Part shown: piece after piece, positions 14,310 through 27,524 of the stretch
Position numbering within the stretch: position 1 is the stretch's first letter
Layout of the letters: every line of letters begins with the position of its first letter
Origin: Bugula neritina
Taxonomy: Eukaryota > Animalia > Bryozoa
Direction: 5' to 3'
Length of the DNA stretch: 64,000 nucleotides
NCBI GenBank assembly: GCA_964035545.1
Contig: OZ037766.1
Span: 25,102,126-25,166,125, forward strand
The notes under the pieces: model-generated
Database searches by the model: none
What the model was told of the DNA's origin: nothing
The model's input: only the letters and a program-made list of their open reading frames with translations
Position numbers and translations under genes: made by a program

Positions 14310-15885
14310 CCTTTATCTAATCATTCTAGGCTACACATTGGAGTTATAGAGGAATTCAATCATAATTCAAAGGCATGTATAAAAATATTATTAAAAAGTA
14401 TGCTAATGAACAATATCAATGAATAGAATTGATGTAATGATGTAATATATACTATATATCCATGCTGTGTTAGAGTTGAATTCTTAGGAGACACTTTGCA
14501 TGAAACTTGAAAGTTTAAACCAATTCAATTAATCAATGCATGTCTGCTTTTACCGCTATACGTATGAACTATGGGTAATAAATTTTGAGTTTTAAACTAA
14601 CTTGATGTCTGAAACAGGTGGACTAGAATATAGAACTTTTATTTATTGATGTGGCTGATAAAACCGTCTGTTGGTTAAGTTTAGGATAATTCTAGACTTG
14701 GCCATATTTCACAAGTTTCAACTTTTTAAAGCTGCATCTGTTAAATTATGAAAGAGTTGAAAGCAATTCCTGTGTCTAAATTTAACAGTTTGTAGCGCAC
14801 AATAAAAAAGAAAGTTCTTTTATTTTACCAAAATTGTTAATTTATGTTCTAAATATGCCTATAAATAACTTGGCTACTACAGTTACCACGGTTACTACAC
14901 ATCCTAAATATTTTTGATATATTAGTAAAAAAACTGAAGAGCAGCCTTATAGCTGCGATTACAGGGTTAGGTTAACCTGGCTAGCATGATCATGCAAAAA
15001 GACGTTAATTAGCTATAGTTATGCAAATGACACACTTCAACATGGCTTGATTGATGCAGGTGGTGTCAACTTCCACTTTTGGCATCAGATTTTTTATATA
15101 AGGTGTTTAAAATTGAATAATTCTAGATTTTTATAATGTTAATCAGTTGTTTTTGACTACTACTAGCTGTCGCTTCTAAATGCAATAAGTTATTCTAATG
15201 TCAAAATATAGCATGACGTGTTGATAAAACTAGTTTTTAGAACCAACATTTAGAAGGAAAGTTTGTTTGCATTGAAAACAAATTTTTGTTTGAAGAAGAT
15301 AACTCTATATTAAATGCAGTTATCCAATAATTACATAATATTATAATGTACATAAATGTTTAGAGAGAATATTCTATAAATAGCTATATTAGCTTCTCAA
15401 GCAGTTGAAATAAGTTAGCAGATTATATATAGGCAGTATAACTAAAAGTATTTTAAGTTCTATAAGATCATTAACTTCTGTATTATAAATAAATAAGTAC
15501 ATATTCAGCCCGGAGGAATAGTTCTCTTTTATAGTAAAACTTATTTAGCTAACGTAATGTGCTTTTACTTGGTTCTTTACCAGATTAGTTAAAAATCCAG
15601 TTTTTACTACAATTGCAACTTATTACATATATTTTCAATGCAAAATAATTTTTAAATTTCAATGATTCATTGTTCCAACTCTACTCATGCTTTTAAAGTA
15701 TTTGAAGACCAAACTCTTAAGAAAGCAACACACTATTAATTAAGTTTTAGAAAATTTGTCTTATTTATCTTTGAAAGTCTATAGCTCTTTAAAAAAATAT
15801 AACCAATAAGCTAAAACTCTTAATGCATTTTTATGAATTAAGGTGTATCCAAGTATTTCACCTTAGTTGATATAATATATCAACA

Positions 15886-16112
15886 TTAAAACCTCACTCA
15901 AGCAAGTTTATATAGTCACTACCCCTGTGAGAAACCTCTGATGGAAAAAGTTTTTGTTAAAGCAGGCTAAGGACTTATATTTAAATGAGGCACAGAAGCA
16001 ATTATGACTAGATGCTTTTCCTAACATCACCAATGGCCTTTGTCGGGCTCAAACCCATGACCTCATGTTTACTGTAGGCCAACGCTCTAACCCCTAGACC
16101 ACAGCTGCTTCC
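15886..16112 (-). mobile_element. Full-length tRNA-derived SINE with target-site duplication
   Basis: Minus-strand head has box A-like TGGTCTAGGGG and box B-like GGTTTGAGCCC. Flanked by an 18-bp direct repeat with 2 mismatches (TGATATAATATATCAACA 15868-15885 / TGACATATTATATCAACA 16113-16130). Confidence 0.82.
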
Positions 16113-17620
16113 TGACATATTATATCAACAATGCTCTTATTATATCATATGAAGTTGTTATACACTACCAATTAAGGTACATGATATGATAAGGATATAC
16201 ATCATGATGTACATCCTTACACGTGTAAAGAAAATGTAGAAACTCTTAAATAGGATTAAAGGAGCTATTCAATGTGATAATATACAATAATAAGTGAAAA
16301 CTGGTAAGCATTTAGAATTTTTAAAACCTGCAATCAAAATTAAGAACTTTACCTTAAAAAAGAATGATGCATGTGTATAATTATAAGAGTGCATGTGTAG
16401 TTTTAATGTTTAGAGTTACAGCTTAACCATTTTAGTACAAAGGAAAGGATTGACAATCTAGAAGCATAATTAATTATAGTTATTAGAAAGAAACAATTTT
16501 ACATGTACTGAACAAGTGATAGCATAGCATCGTAAGGTTTTACAAAACAAAGCAATTACTCATTAAAACATGTTGCTGTATTGAGGAAGATTGATATGCA
16601 AGCACATATATCTACGTCATACTATGTTACGAAAGAACAATGGCACTTACCCAAATTATGAGCACGAACTTTCCCTTAGTTATTATTCTTATCAGGAAAT
16701 TTGAATTAATGTTAGGTCCAGTATATTGAGTGCATACCCTGTTACAACTCGATCAACACCAATTAAAATTTAGCAATTAAGTGAGTAAGATTGCTAGTTA
16801 TTACACAATTATTTATTACGCAGAGTTGTTAAGCATTTCCTTGATAGTTATTCATTTAGTATGATGGCACCAGCAAATGGTATAAAATAAAGCAAACTTT
16901 GAATCTAAATCAGTTGAGCACTTGACTTCTTCTGAATAAAGTATATACGGAAAAAGATATCAACAACCTTGAAGTGAGTATATCAATTGATGTTATATGA
17001 TTTCTAAATAGATAATAAGGTGAAAAGATTAAATTGAACCATTCAAAAGTTTTTGTAAAAAAAACTGACTGAACTAAAAAGTTACACTTGAAATATAATA
17101 TTGCGGTACAACTTAACAAGTATTATATATAGGTACTCTTATTTAACTGCTATATATCAGATAAAAGCTTTTTTATGATGAGTAAATACTTATTGTTGCT
17201 TCATATAATAAGCAAAAGTTTATACAAACAATTTATTATTTTACGTTTTGCAAATATCCAAAGTGATTTCTATATATAATTATAAACGCAATTTTTTTAT
17301 TTGATATTCAAGATAAGCTAAGTTTTTAGAATAATTGTTGTTCCAATTGAAGTAATTCATAAGCCTAATTTTAACGTTAAATATAGATCGACTTATGTTA
17401 GCCGATGTAATTACACAAATGAAGTATTATTCCATACAATAATCTAAAATTCCGATGGCAATATAAATTTGAGTCAGCATATTTAGTGTTTGCAGTATAT
17501 GTGTTGAACCATTCACATTTTTACATGAAAAGTAAACTAGTTTTAGCTGTGAAATTTATTTTAAAACATCCATTTATTATATTATTGAAATCTCTCATAG
17601 CTTTAATGTTTTGTTTCAGA

Positions 17621-18774
17621 ATGTATAAACTTGGTGTAGTGTTATGCCTGGCAACAGTTGCCATGGTTTCAGCCACTTACTATCCAACACCCGCACCAAC
17701 TAAACCAACATATAAACCAACTACAACTTACAAACCAACAACTACTTATAAACCAGCACCAGGACATGTTGTTAGTGAGTATATTAGAATACAGCTTACT
17801 ATAATATGACAAAACTATTAGTGACATATATGAGTAAATTATTATTACTCTAAAACCTAACCTTTTCATATTAATGAATTATATGATATTAAAATGCTTA
17901 TATAATCTTAACATATGTTGTCAACCTAAAATATTAGCATTATTGCTCCTGAATATTAGTTTATATTTGTTAAAGATATCAATTCAAAAAAAACTTTAGT
18001 AATCTTATTATAATGTAGTGATAGTAAACATAAGTAATTGCTTTTCTTTGCTAACCACAATCCTAATTATATCAGCAAACTATAATAAATATATTTTAGT
18101 TGATGACTGCACCTGCTTTGAGAAGGGTAACTACTACTCCCCAGTATCAAGTGATGATTGTAAAAGTTTCACTCAAAGGACTGCTTTCCTCCCAGCTGCT
18201 ACTCTAAAATGTCCATATGGTCTACAGTTTGATGTACAAACCTGTGTCTGTAATTATCCTAAAGATGTTGTCTGTCCAAAATACTGCCCTGCACCTTATG
18301 TTCCACCTCCTCACCATGGACGTAAGTACAATGAAATTTTATGTCAGCGGTTACTATGCTAAATTAATTTTTTTAAAAGAAAAAGTCACCTTAATATTTT
18401 ATGAAAGCTATAGCAGTTATTATACATGGTAAAACTAGCTACCACTTTCATCTTTGATAGCTAAAAATGTTGAATCAGTAAATAATTCATTGTATTCGAC
18501 ATCAATTATTTGGTACTTTTAAATTATAGGCTGGTATATATATATATATATATAATTTCCTAACAATTTCTCAGTACGTTAATTTGTTTTTCTTCCAGAG
18601 AGCTGCTCAGAGAATGGAAACACATACAGACAGGTACCTGGTACACACTGTCAGAAATTTACTCAAGAGACAGCTACTCTTCCTCCACAAGTTCACTCCT
18701 GTCCTTATGGACTCAAGTTTGACTTGAAAACTTGTGTCTGTAACTATCCAAAGGACACCATCTGTTATGCTTAG
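17621..18774 (+). CDS. Gene C: secreted protein with (KPTTTY) repeats and two CBM14-like domains (~183 aa)
   Basis: Exons 17621-17774, 18100-18321 and 18599-18774, phase-1 GT-AG introns. Signal peptide MYKLGVVLCLATVAMVSA. TATA at 16881, UTR donor at 16974. Confidence 0.92.
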
Positions 18775-19375
18775 AGAAAGCAAACAATGGCTAAGATATT
18801 TTGAGTTATTTATAATTTACTTGTGCATTATAGTGTTTCAATGCCAAACTATTATCATTACCTGATATTTTCAAAAGATTAAAATTTTGCATTTGATGAT
18901 AATCAATCTGCTCAGCATAAAGATTTACTGCTTGTTATTTTACAATTTTAAAGATAGAAGTTTACTATTTCTGCTTGCCTGTAATGCAATCAATAGTTTG
19001 AGAAGTTAATGTTTGATTTCCATCAAATACTGAAAATCTATATAACAGTGTTATCTTGAATAAATGATATAATACTTTTACTTGCTCATAATACAATAAT
19101 ATAGCTAAACACGGCAAACATTATTGAAATTATCAAAGTCTTCTGCCTAATATAACTATGCACCATACAATGCTGCCAGCTGCAAATAAAGCATTAATCC
19201 GAGCATGAATTCTACTTAGCCACGTAGAAAAAACTTATATTTGCATTCATTGTTAAATATTTATTTAAAACTATTCTATTTTATGAACAAAAAGCCAATT
19301 TTCACAAAAAACTATTTGAACATAATACATATATATAAATACACATACACAATCGCATACATATAATACCTCAAT

Positions 19376-19420
19376 CTGTGTAAATCACCTGTTTCAAGAT
19401 TTGTCCCCTCATCAGCACAG
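19376..19420 (-). ncRNA. Degenerate type I hammerhead ribozyme motif
   Basis: Minus strand reads CTGTG-CTGATGA-GGGGACAAATCTT-GAAAC-AGGTGAT-TTA-CACAG. Stem I (CTGTG/CACAG) and core boxes are intact; stems II and III are eroded. Confidence 0.45.
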
Positions 19421-19840
19421 AACAGCGTATCATGGCCTACACCTTCGAAATAGTAGAAACACACTATAATTACTTCGGCTTTAGGTTATACTTTTAATTT
19501 CACATGCAACATCAAAACTTAGAAAATGCATAGACTTATTATTGTGCAAAATAATGTTTGAAAAACCTCCCAGCATGAAGCGTCAATATTTTACAAAACA
19601 TTTAACAATAAAATGTTAGATGAGTAACTGTAAACAATAACTACTTTTTCTGTTTATTATAGCTAGAAAAAATGTTTGATAATTACTGGAACTATTTTAG
19701 CTTATGACTTATAGCTTGAAACTAAGAAAGTACCTTGTGTTTTACTGTGTACTAATATCTTTATTGGGTAGGCAACAGAATATAATACACTATAAGAAAA
19801 GCATATTTGTCTTGGTGGTGGGTTTTAGCTTATACCTATA

Positions 19841-20071
19841 CTATTTTATTAAATATAGTTTTCTATAAACTTAGCGGGATTTACAACAATACATGTACAT
19901 GACCTAAAAGTCCTTTCAAAGATAATTTTAGAAAAACTTTGTTTGCAAATTTGTTACTATAGTAACAAATTTGTAAACAAAGTTTTTCTTAAAATTGCCT
20001 TTGAAAGGACCTTTAGGTCATGTATGGTTGTAAATCCTGCTAAGTTTACAGAAAACCATTTTATAAAATAG
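19841..20071. repeat. Spacerless imperfect palindrome (foldback), ~230 bp
   Basis: Symmetry centre ...AAATTTGTTACTA|TAGTAACAAATTT... at 19959/19960; arms align with substitutions and small indels. Confidence 0.85.
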
Positions 20072-21229
20072 ATGATTGCATATAAAAATGAAAGGATATG
20101 TGTATTTGAATAAAATATTAATGACAACTTTAACCTACTAATCTAATACGGGCATATACATGTGTAAAATGCTAGGGAAATATTATGCAGAAGTGTTATC
20201 ATGTGGCATAACCACAAATTACTGGTATTCATTAAGCAGAGTATACAACAATTTGTGACATAGGATCTAAATGGCTGCAGGTTTGGCTGTAGAATGAAAA
20301 TTAATTAATTGGCATATATATAGTAGTTATTTAGAAGCAATGCTAGATAGATATATATTACAAACTTTTTACTCTTTTATATAGCCACATTTTTTGAAGC
20401 ATGCCATTGAATTTGTTTTAAACTGTACAAGCCACATGATTTAAAAGCATATGTAATTTCACACATATGTGCTCTTTGAAATGTTGCCAAAGACTCTAAG
20501 TAAATTTTTTTCTTGGATTTATGCGCCCATCGAGATAAATTAGCCTTTTAGGACCTCAAAAAACTGAGTGCAATTGATTACACATTGATTTATTTTTATG
20601 TCATTAAACAATAAACAGAAAAACATTTACTAAACTTGATAAAACATTTAGTTAAATACATATTATATTCTAAAAAGTATAAATTGTACCACATATGTTT
20701 ACCATGAATTTATAGTGCTCAATATTATAATGTCGTAAATAAAAAATAGCCAAACAGCCTATTATATATTATGCGAGTAACCTTCAATAAAATTGCTGAG
20801 ATAATTTTAAATATACTTGCAAACAGCTTAATAGATTTCAAGACACAAAAAAACCCCTCCCTCATAATTAATCGAATAATATTTCAGTATATATACTATT
20901 TACTGCAGCAATCATATTTATTTACTATATTTCCAGTTTAATCAGGGACCGAAATCAATAATATATTAATATTTAAAAAATGTAGTTGCTGTTGCTGTTA
21001 TATATATAAAATAATAAATTACCAACTATAATAACTGATTATGGCCAAGTGTCACTATATGGTGACTGTTTCATTAACATGTACATGTGCATACGTTGCA
21101 TTATATTTCTCTTTTCACTTTATATGTTTTGAGTTTCTTATATAAGTGATGAAACTATAGTTCATTTAGAATAAGTGCAAATGCGAAATTCTTGTTTTAG
21201 CAATTATTTTAACTTAATGCACTGCCTTT

Positions 21230-21506
21230 CTCCTCAATCACACTTTGCCGTATTGCAGGCCGTACCGTAAAATGTCAGCCATTTCCCCCTTGTTCGCACA
21301 TTGCTGTACCGTACACCGCACAAACAAAATTGCGCCACTGTTACGTTTTGTCAACAGGCGTTCACACACTGACGTAAAAGTACAACGCATGACGTTGAGC
21401 TGTGGCCAATCATAATAAGGTTAATTCTACAGGAAGTTCAAAAGTTTGTAAAAATGGCTAATATTTTAAGTTGCAGCCTACAATACGGCAAAGTGTGAAT
21501 GAGGAG
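21230..21506. mobile_element. MITE (possibly Tc1/mariner-derived)
   Basis: ~31-bp TIRs CTCCTCAATCACACTTTGCCGTATTGCAGGC / GCCTACAATACGGCAAAGTGTGAATGAGGAG. TA on the right flank, TT on the left. Confidence 0.75.
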
Positions 21507-21815
21507 TATATGAGAAAAGCAAGCATGACACACATGGATACAAAGTGCATCCGTTAAAATAAAAGGTGTCAAGAGCTGTAATGTGAGCAGGCATAATATA
21601 AGTAAATTTATATTCTATTTTTGAATGTTTTTCAAATTGGTATAAGACAAACAAAGAAATTCATAAATAAAGTTTATTGATTATTTTAATTAGCTGAGAC
21701 AGAAAGTATAATTAAATTGTGATAGAGTTAGAAAATAACACAGCTTGACGCAAGGGAAATCTATGGCAGGTTTCATTTCTCGACACTTTATAACTTTGCA
21801 AGTGACTCAATTAAT

Positions 21816-22947
21816 TTAAGCATAACATAGAGTATTTTTAGGGTAGTTGCAGACACAAGTTTTCAAGTCAAACTTGAGTCCATTAGGACAGGAGTGAACT
21901 TGTGGAGGAAGTGTAGCTGTCTCTTGGGTAAATTTCTGACAGTGTGTACCAGGTACTTGTCTGTATGTGTTTCCATTTTCTGAGCAGCTTTCTGTAAAAG
22001 TACAAAATATTGTGTGCATAATTGCAAAATGTTATTAGGCCATATGTTTATTTGGGAAATTTAAATATTATTTTTTGTAACATGTAAAGATAATAGTCAC
22101 TAATTCAGCTTCCATATATACTTATTAAAATCAATTAAATAATTTGCAAACGCTATATACTTGTATTTAGAACAAAAACTGTTGGTTTCAAAGTTCAATG
22201 TGCTTACTTCCATGATGAGGAGGTGGAACATAAGGTGCAGGGCAGTATTTTGGACAGACAGTATCTTTAGGATAGTTACAGACACAGGTTTTTACATCAA
22301 ACTGTAGACCATATGGACATTTTAGAGTTTCAGCTTGGAGAAAAGCAGTTCTCTGAGTGAAACTTTTACAATCATCACTGGAGACTGGGGAGTAGTAGTT
22401 ACCCTTCTCGAAGCAGGTGCAGTCATCAACTAAAATAAGTATTATTATAGTTTGATAAAAAGTTGTGACCGAATGAAATGATGGCGAAAACAGTAAAGTG
22501 TTTTCTTATGTTTACCAACACTGGATTATAAGCTATGCAACTAAACTTATCTCTGAAATGCTACCTTCAACAATTATCTTTATTCAGGAGCACAAGTTAA
22601 TATAAATTGACAAAATATACTAAAATTACAAAAAAATTATAAAGTCCTTAAGTTGTTGTGCCTACCAGTGCGTAATGTGTGAACATTTTTAATTTTAGCT
22701 TACAAGAAATATTATATTCCAAAAGCTTATATATCATTTTAATGGCGGTGTAACAGCTTTGTCATTTAGTATGCTAGAGTACAGTTTACTTACTAACAAC
22801 ATGTCCTGGTGCTGGTTTATAAGTAGTTGTTGGTTTGTAAGTTGTAGTTGGTTTATATGTTGGTTTAGTTGGTGCTGGTGTTGGGTGGTAACTGGCTGAA
22901 ACCATGGCAACTGTTGCCAGGCATAACACTGCACCAAGTTTATACAT
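21816..22947 (-). CDS. Gene D: secreted protein with (KPTTTY) repeats and two CBM14-like domains (~183 aa)
   Basis: Exons 22947-22794, 22429-22208 and 21991-21816, phase-1 GT-AG. TATA at 23685-23679, UTR donor at 23594. Confidence 0.92.
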
Positions 22948-25734
22948 TCTGAAAGTGCAAAACAAAATTATTACAAATATTTAATCATAGTGATATAAAT
23001 TCTGTAAAATATATTATATATATTAAATTCTCAAAAAAATTAAAAAGCAATCACATTCTAACTTTCAAGGCAATTTATTTAGTTTGATTATAAAAGTACA
23101 CCAATATATGGAATTTTCCTGGACCGATAATTCTTTTAGTAGTATAGAGCACACAATTTCTAAGCTTGGAAAATATTAAACAGAACTTTGGAGGTTGATC
23201 AGTTTGTCCATTGCACATATTTATTTACTATATTAAACTTTAGTGAAATTTAAATGGTTTTGTCTATTTATGAAATCACAAGGTATTAGAAATATCAATG
23301 CGTGAAGTAACTCATTAAAACACAATATGTTTTTTGAATGAGAATATTTATTTACATGTAACTTAAAATAAAAATTCAAAAACAGTAGAAAAACTAAAAA
23401 CTAAATTCAAGTTTTACATGAATAATATTTAGACAATTTGGTTTATGAATTTTTATTTTATATGTAGTGTAATACAGTTATAAGTACTATTAACAATGTG
23501 TAAAATAAGATTGTAATATATGAAAACATATGTATTTTTTTTGCCAATTATATTCTCTTCAAACTTCACCCAATATATTTCTTTTTACACTTACCTTATA
23601 CTTTTCTCAAAAGAAATCTCTATTCTAAAGTCGATGAAGATCAAATGTGTTAATGATAATAAAATACATTCTGGTTCTTTTTATACTATTTGCTAGCATC
23701 TACCAATCAATGAAACTGACCTCAGATGCTTGTTGCAATAACATTTCCACATAAATTTGCAACTGGTTGAATAACAATAACACTTTCACTATAACAGAAT
23801 AACTCGTCATTGCTGTGAAATATCAGGCTAGATGTCACATGCTTATTGAATCGAATATTATTCCAGCATTTTTGTCTGCTGATTGCCTAATTGAGAAATG
23901 CCTTTTAGCCGCATAAATCCGAATTACTGTAACCTAATTTGCCTAATTTAGCAAACAGCGACTTTCTTGCAAGCGTGGCATGTGCAAGCATAATGCAATT
24001 TTACCTTATCATATTCTCTTTACAAAGCAACTCCAATTTTAACTATGGTTAGCAAAGCTTGAAAATTCTGCAATTTTTTGATTTTCAACTAAAGAAGAAT
24101 AAGAATGTAGACTCGAGTTGATAGACTGGAATTGTTTTTCTAATCGATAATACTAAAACATCATTGTACCATATCTGTGCTATTAGGCGAGAAGCCATGT
24201 GGACACAACTTTGAATGACCATGAAAATTATTGGGTCAAAGATTAGGTATGAAAAAAGTACCTATATAAGACTAGCCCCATGTACTCAAATACCTCAATA
24301 GAAAGAAATCAGAGCCCTATAATTTCTAATATAGAATCTTTTACTAAAAACAAGTGCGAAAAATAAGATGCAAATGGTAAATATTCCTAATTTTCTATTA
24401 GCCTTGGAATTATAATGAGAAAGGATCATCTACAACTGCTTGATCTTAAAAACTTTATGAATTTATAATTTTTCCATAATGCCATGATTGCCAAAAACTT
24501 TTTATTATGTCATTTGTTTATGCTGGCATATTGCAAAAATATTCCTATTACGCAATGTTAATGACTCTACCATTTACTTGGTCGCACTAATTGCTAAATT
24601 AAATGTATTTCCTGAATTGCCATATAATAATAAATTATTGTGTTTCTTTGTTACTATTCTTGTTTCAGCTTTTCAATATGCTATTTACGAAATTGAAAAT
24701 ACGTTCACATAAAAACTGTTTCACAAATTAATATCCATCAATCACTAACATGCATTCAGTAAAAAAAATACACATGCACATACGTACACTGTATTCTATA
24801 CACAGGTTAAGATAAACATTTAAATATAATAATCTTTTATATTATAATTTATAAACGATTTTTGTACACCAGTTCTCATTTCTAATAATCACCTTGCATC
24901 TAAGGGCCGGAAAAAATGGAAAGTGCAATGATTATGTAGTAGTTTCATGTTCCTCAACGTGGTTGAAAGTAAAGAAGTAAAATTTTAGATGAATAAAAAA
25001 TTTGCAGTCACAAGGAAAAAGTGGACTTGTTTTGTTTTTATACAGTGTCTGAAAAATATAGGAGTTTAAAACATTTACCTGTCATGGTTAAAGAATTTTT
25101 CTGTGTTGCTTTTCCTCATTTATAATTTAATGGGTCAATCACTTTGATAAGTGAACAGTAAAATTGATCAAGTCATTAGCATTGTGTAGTAGGAATATTT
25201 TTACAATATGCCAGAATAAGGAAATGATGTAATGAAAATTCTCTGGCATATGACATTATGGAAAAGTTGTGAATGCTTGTAATTTTTAAAATGAAAAGTT
25301 TTTGGTGATTCGCTTGCAGAACCTCACTATAATTTTACTGCTGATAGAAAACATATGAGTGTCAATTAGAAGCAAAAGCATGTATTAGAGAGGCATCCTG
25401 CCTTCTTTTTATTAATGTATTTAAATACAAAGGGTTAATTTTGAGCAGTTTGCATGCATGACCTTTGGCCCAATCATTGTAGCCAATTTCCAAAGTTGTC
25501 TCCACATGACCTCAACATTATTCAATTTTATGTTTCATTACTATATAGCAATTTAAAAAGTCTAATTGTTCAATATTATGAGAGGTTTTCTTAATCTATA
25601 AACTACTCTATGAGTGTACATATATTCCTAGTCTTTCTTAATTACAATTAACTTAAATTTACACCAGTTTCAATAAGCGTTTTATTAACAATAGTTAAAA
25701 TGACTGTAGCCCTTGTTACAAGATCTTTTCGTTC

Positions 25735-26049
25735 TAGCTTTAAGTAAAATATTGTTTGGTGAAAGGTTTTTATGAAAGCTTTTGCAATGGATTTTTACTG
25801 GTAGCTTTTGTTTGATGAGTCAGTACAGCTCAAGAACTGAAAGTGGAAGGTTTGCTTTTGTTAAAGATTTAGGCAACTTAAAGACTGTATTGTCCAAATT
25901 ATTGTTAAAATTTTGTGAGAAATATAAACTGTTGGCATAAGGCAAAAGGTTGAGTTGTGTCCTGCATTTTTACAACCACATGCAGCATACAGCATTCGTG
26001 CTATCACAACACATAGGCATCTGTGCTAATCAGCATCCATGCTGACACA
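25735..26049 (+). repeat. Dispersed repeat, copy 2 (copy 1 at 5738-6130)
   Basis: Same shared blocks as copy 1. Confidence 0.7.
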
Positions 26050-27524
26050 GTCCAATATTGTAATAATTATTTCAATGGTCATCCATGAAGAGCTTAGAAT
26101 ACTTACAAATAAAAAGGTCAGTTTGGTGACTTCTTAGGTTTTTAGTAAGTTCATTTTAATTTATTTTACTTTCAACAATTAGAGATTAAACCTATTTATA
26201 GATTTAGAGAATTTTCCTAGATAACAAAATATTTTTGCATTAAAAACTATTAATTTTTAATTGGAACAACAGATAAATGAAAGAACCAAAATCATTTCCA
26301 ACACTTCTGACAGTAATTATCACATCAATAAGAAGTTTGGCAATAAATTAATCATTACACACTTTTATCAAACAGATTAAACATTTTTTAATTCTGACAA
26401 GCCATGCATGCATAACTTAAACAATAAAACACAGTCCAGTTGGGAAATACAGTAATATAAAAACTATCATATTTGTTAAGCAACTATATTTCAACTTTAT
26501 AAAAACTTTTGATTTATTGACTGTAGCAGAAACTAAACCAGGAGTTAAGAAAAAATTATTTTGTCACACTACTATAAGGAATTCACCACATTCAGAGTTG
26601 CTTTGTAAAGGAAATATAATCATCTGTAACTTCAATATACTTACACGTGGCACACTTGCAAGAAAGTTGCTGTTTGCAAAATTAGGCAAAAATGACAATA
26701 ACGCTTTAGCCTACGCAAGTAGCATGATATTGTCAATTAGGCAATCAAAATTTAAAAATGCTGGAGTAATATAAGATTCAATGTGCAAGCAATATCTAGC
26801 CTGATATGCTACAGCAATGATGTGCTTTTCTGCTGCAATGAAAGTGTTATTGTTACTCAACCAGTTGCAAATTTATGTAGCCATGCCATTGTCACGCACA
26901 TCTGAGGTTAGTTTTGTTGATGGTTAATTGGTAGACGTTAGTGAATAGTATAAAAAGAACCAGAATGTATTTTATCACCATTCACACGTCTGATCTCCTC
27001 ATCTTTAGACTAGATATTTCTTCTGAGAAAAGTATAAGGTAAGTGTAAAAAGAAATATATTGGGTGAACCTCAAAGAGGATATAATTGGCAAAGAGATGC
27101 ATTTGTTTTCATATATTATAATCTTATTTTACACATAGTTAATAGTACTTATAACTGTATTACACTACATATAAAATAAAAATTCATAAACCAAATTTCA
27201 TTACCAAAATCATTTCAATTCAACTAAAGATTAACATAGTAAATCAATGTATATGTGCAGTGGACAAAATGATCATTAACCTCCAAAATTTTATTTAATT
27301 ATTTTTTAAGCTTAAACATTTTGTGCCATTATACAACTAAGAGATTTATTTCTCTAGTGACCTCCCAAATTGATATGCTTTTATAATCAAACCAATTGAA
27401 ATGCCTTGAAAGTTTGAATATGAATTTTTTTTTAATTTTTTTTTAAGAATAATATGTTTTTATATTTTGATAAATTAATATCATCGATTAAATATTTGTG
27501 ATGATTTTGCTTTGCACTTTTGGA

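Noticed and set aside
14934-14965. CTGAAGA-GCAGC-loop-GCTGC hammerhead-like half
   Set aside because: Followed by GATTAC rather than GAAAC, with no stem I partner; at most a decayed remnant.
16040-16112. Possible tRNA gene
   Set aside because: No complete cloverleaf; it is the head of a SINE with a body and TSD.
17700-17760. Short direct repeats and the regularly recurring gene units as a CRISPR-like or prokaryotic array
   Set aside because: They are coding 18-bp KPTTTY units and spliced eukaryotic paralogs; no spacers or cas genes.
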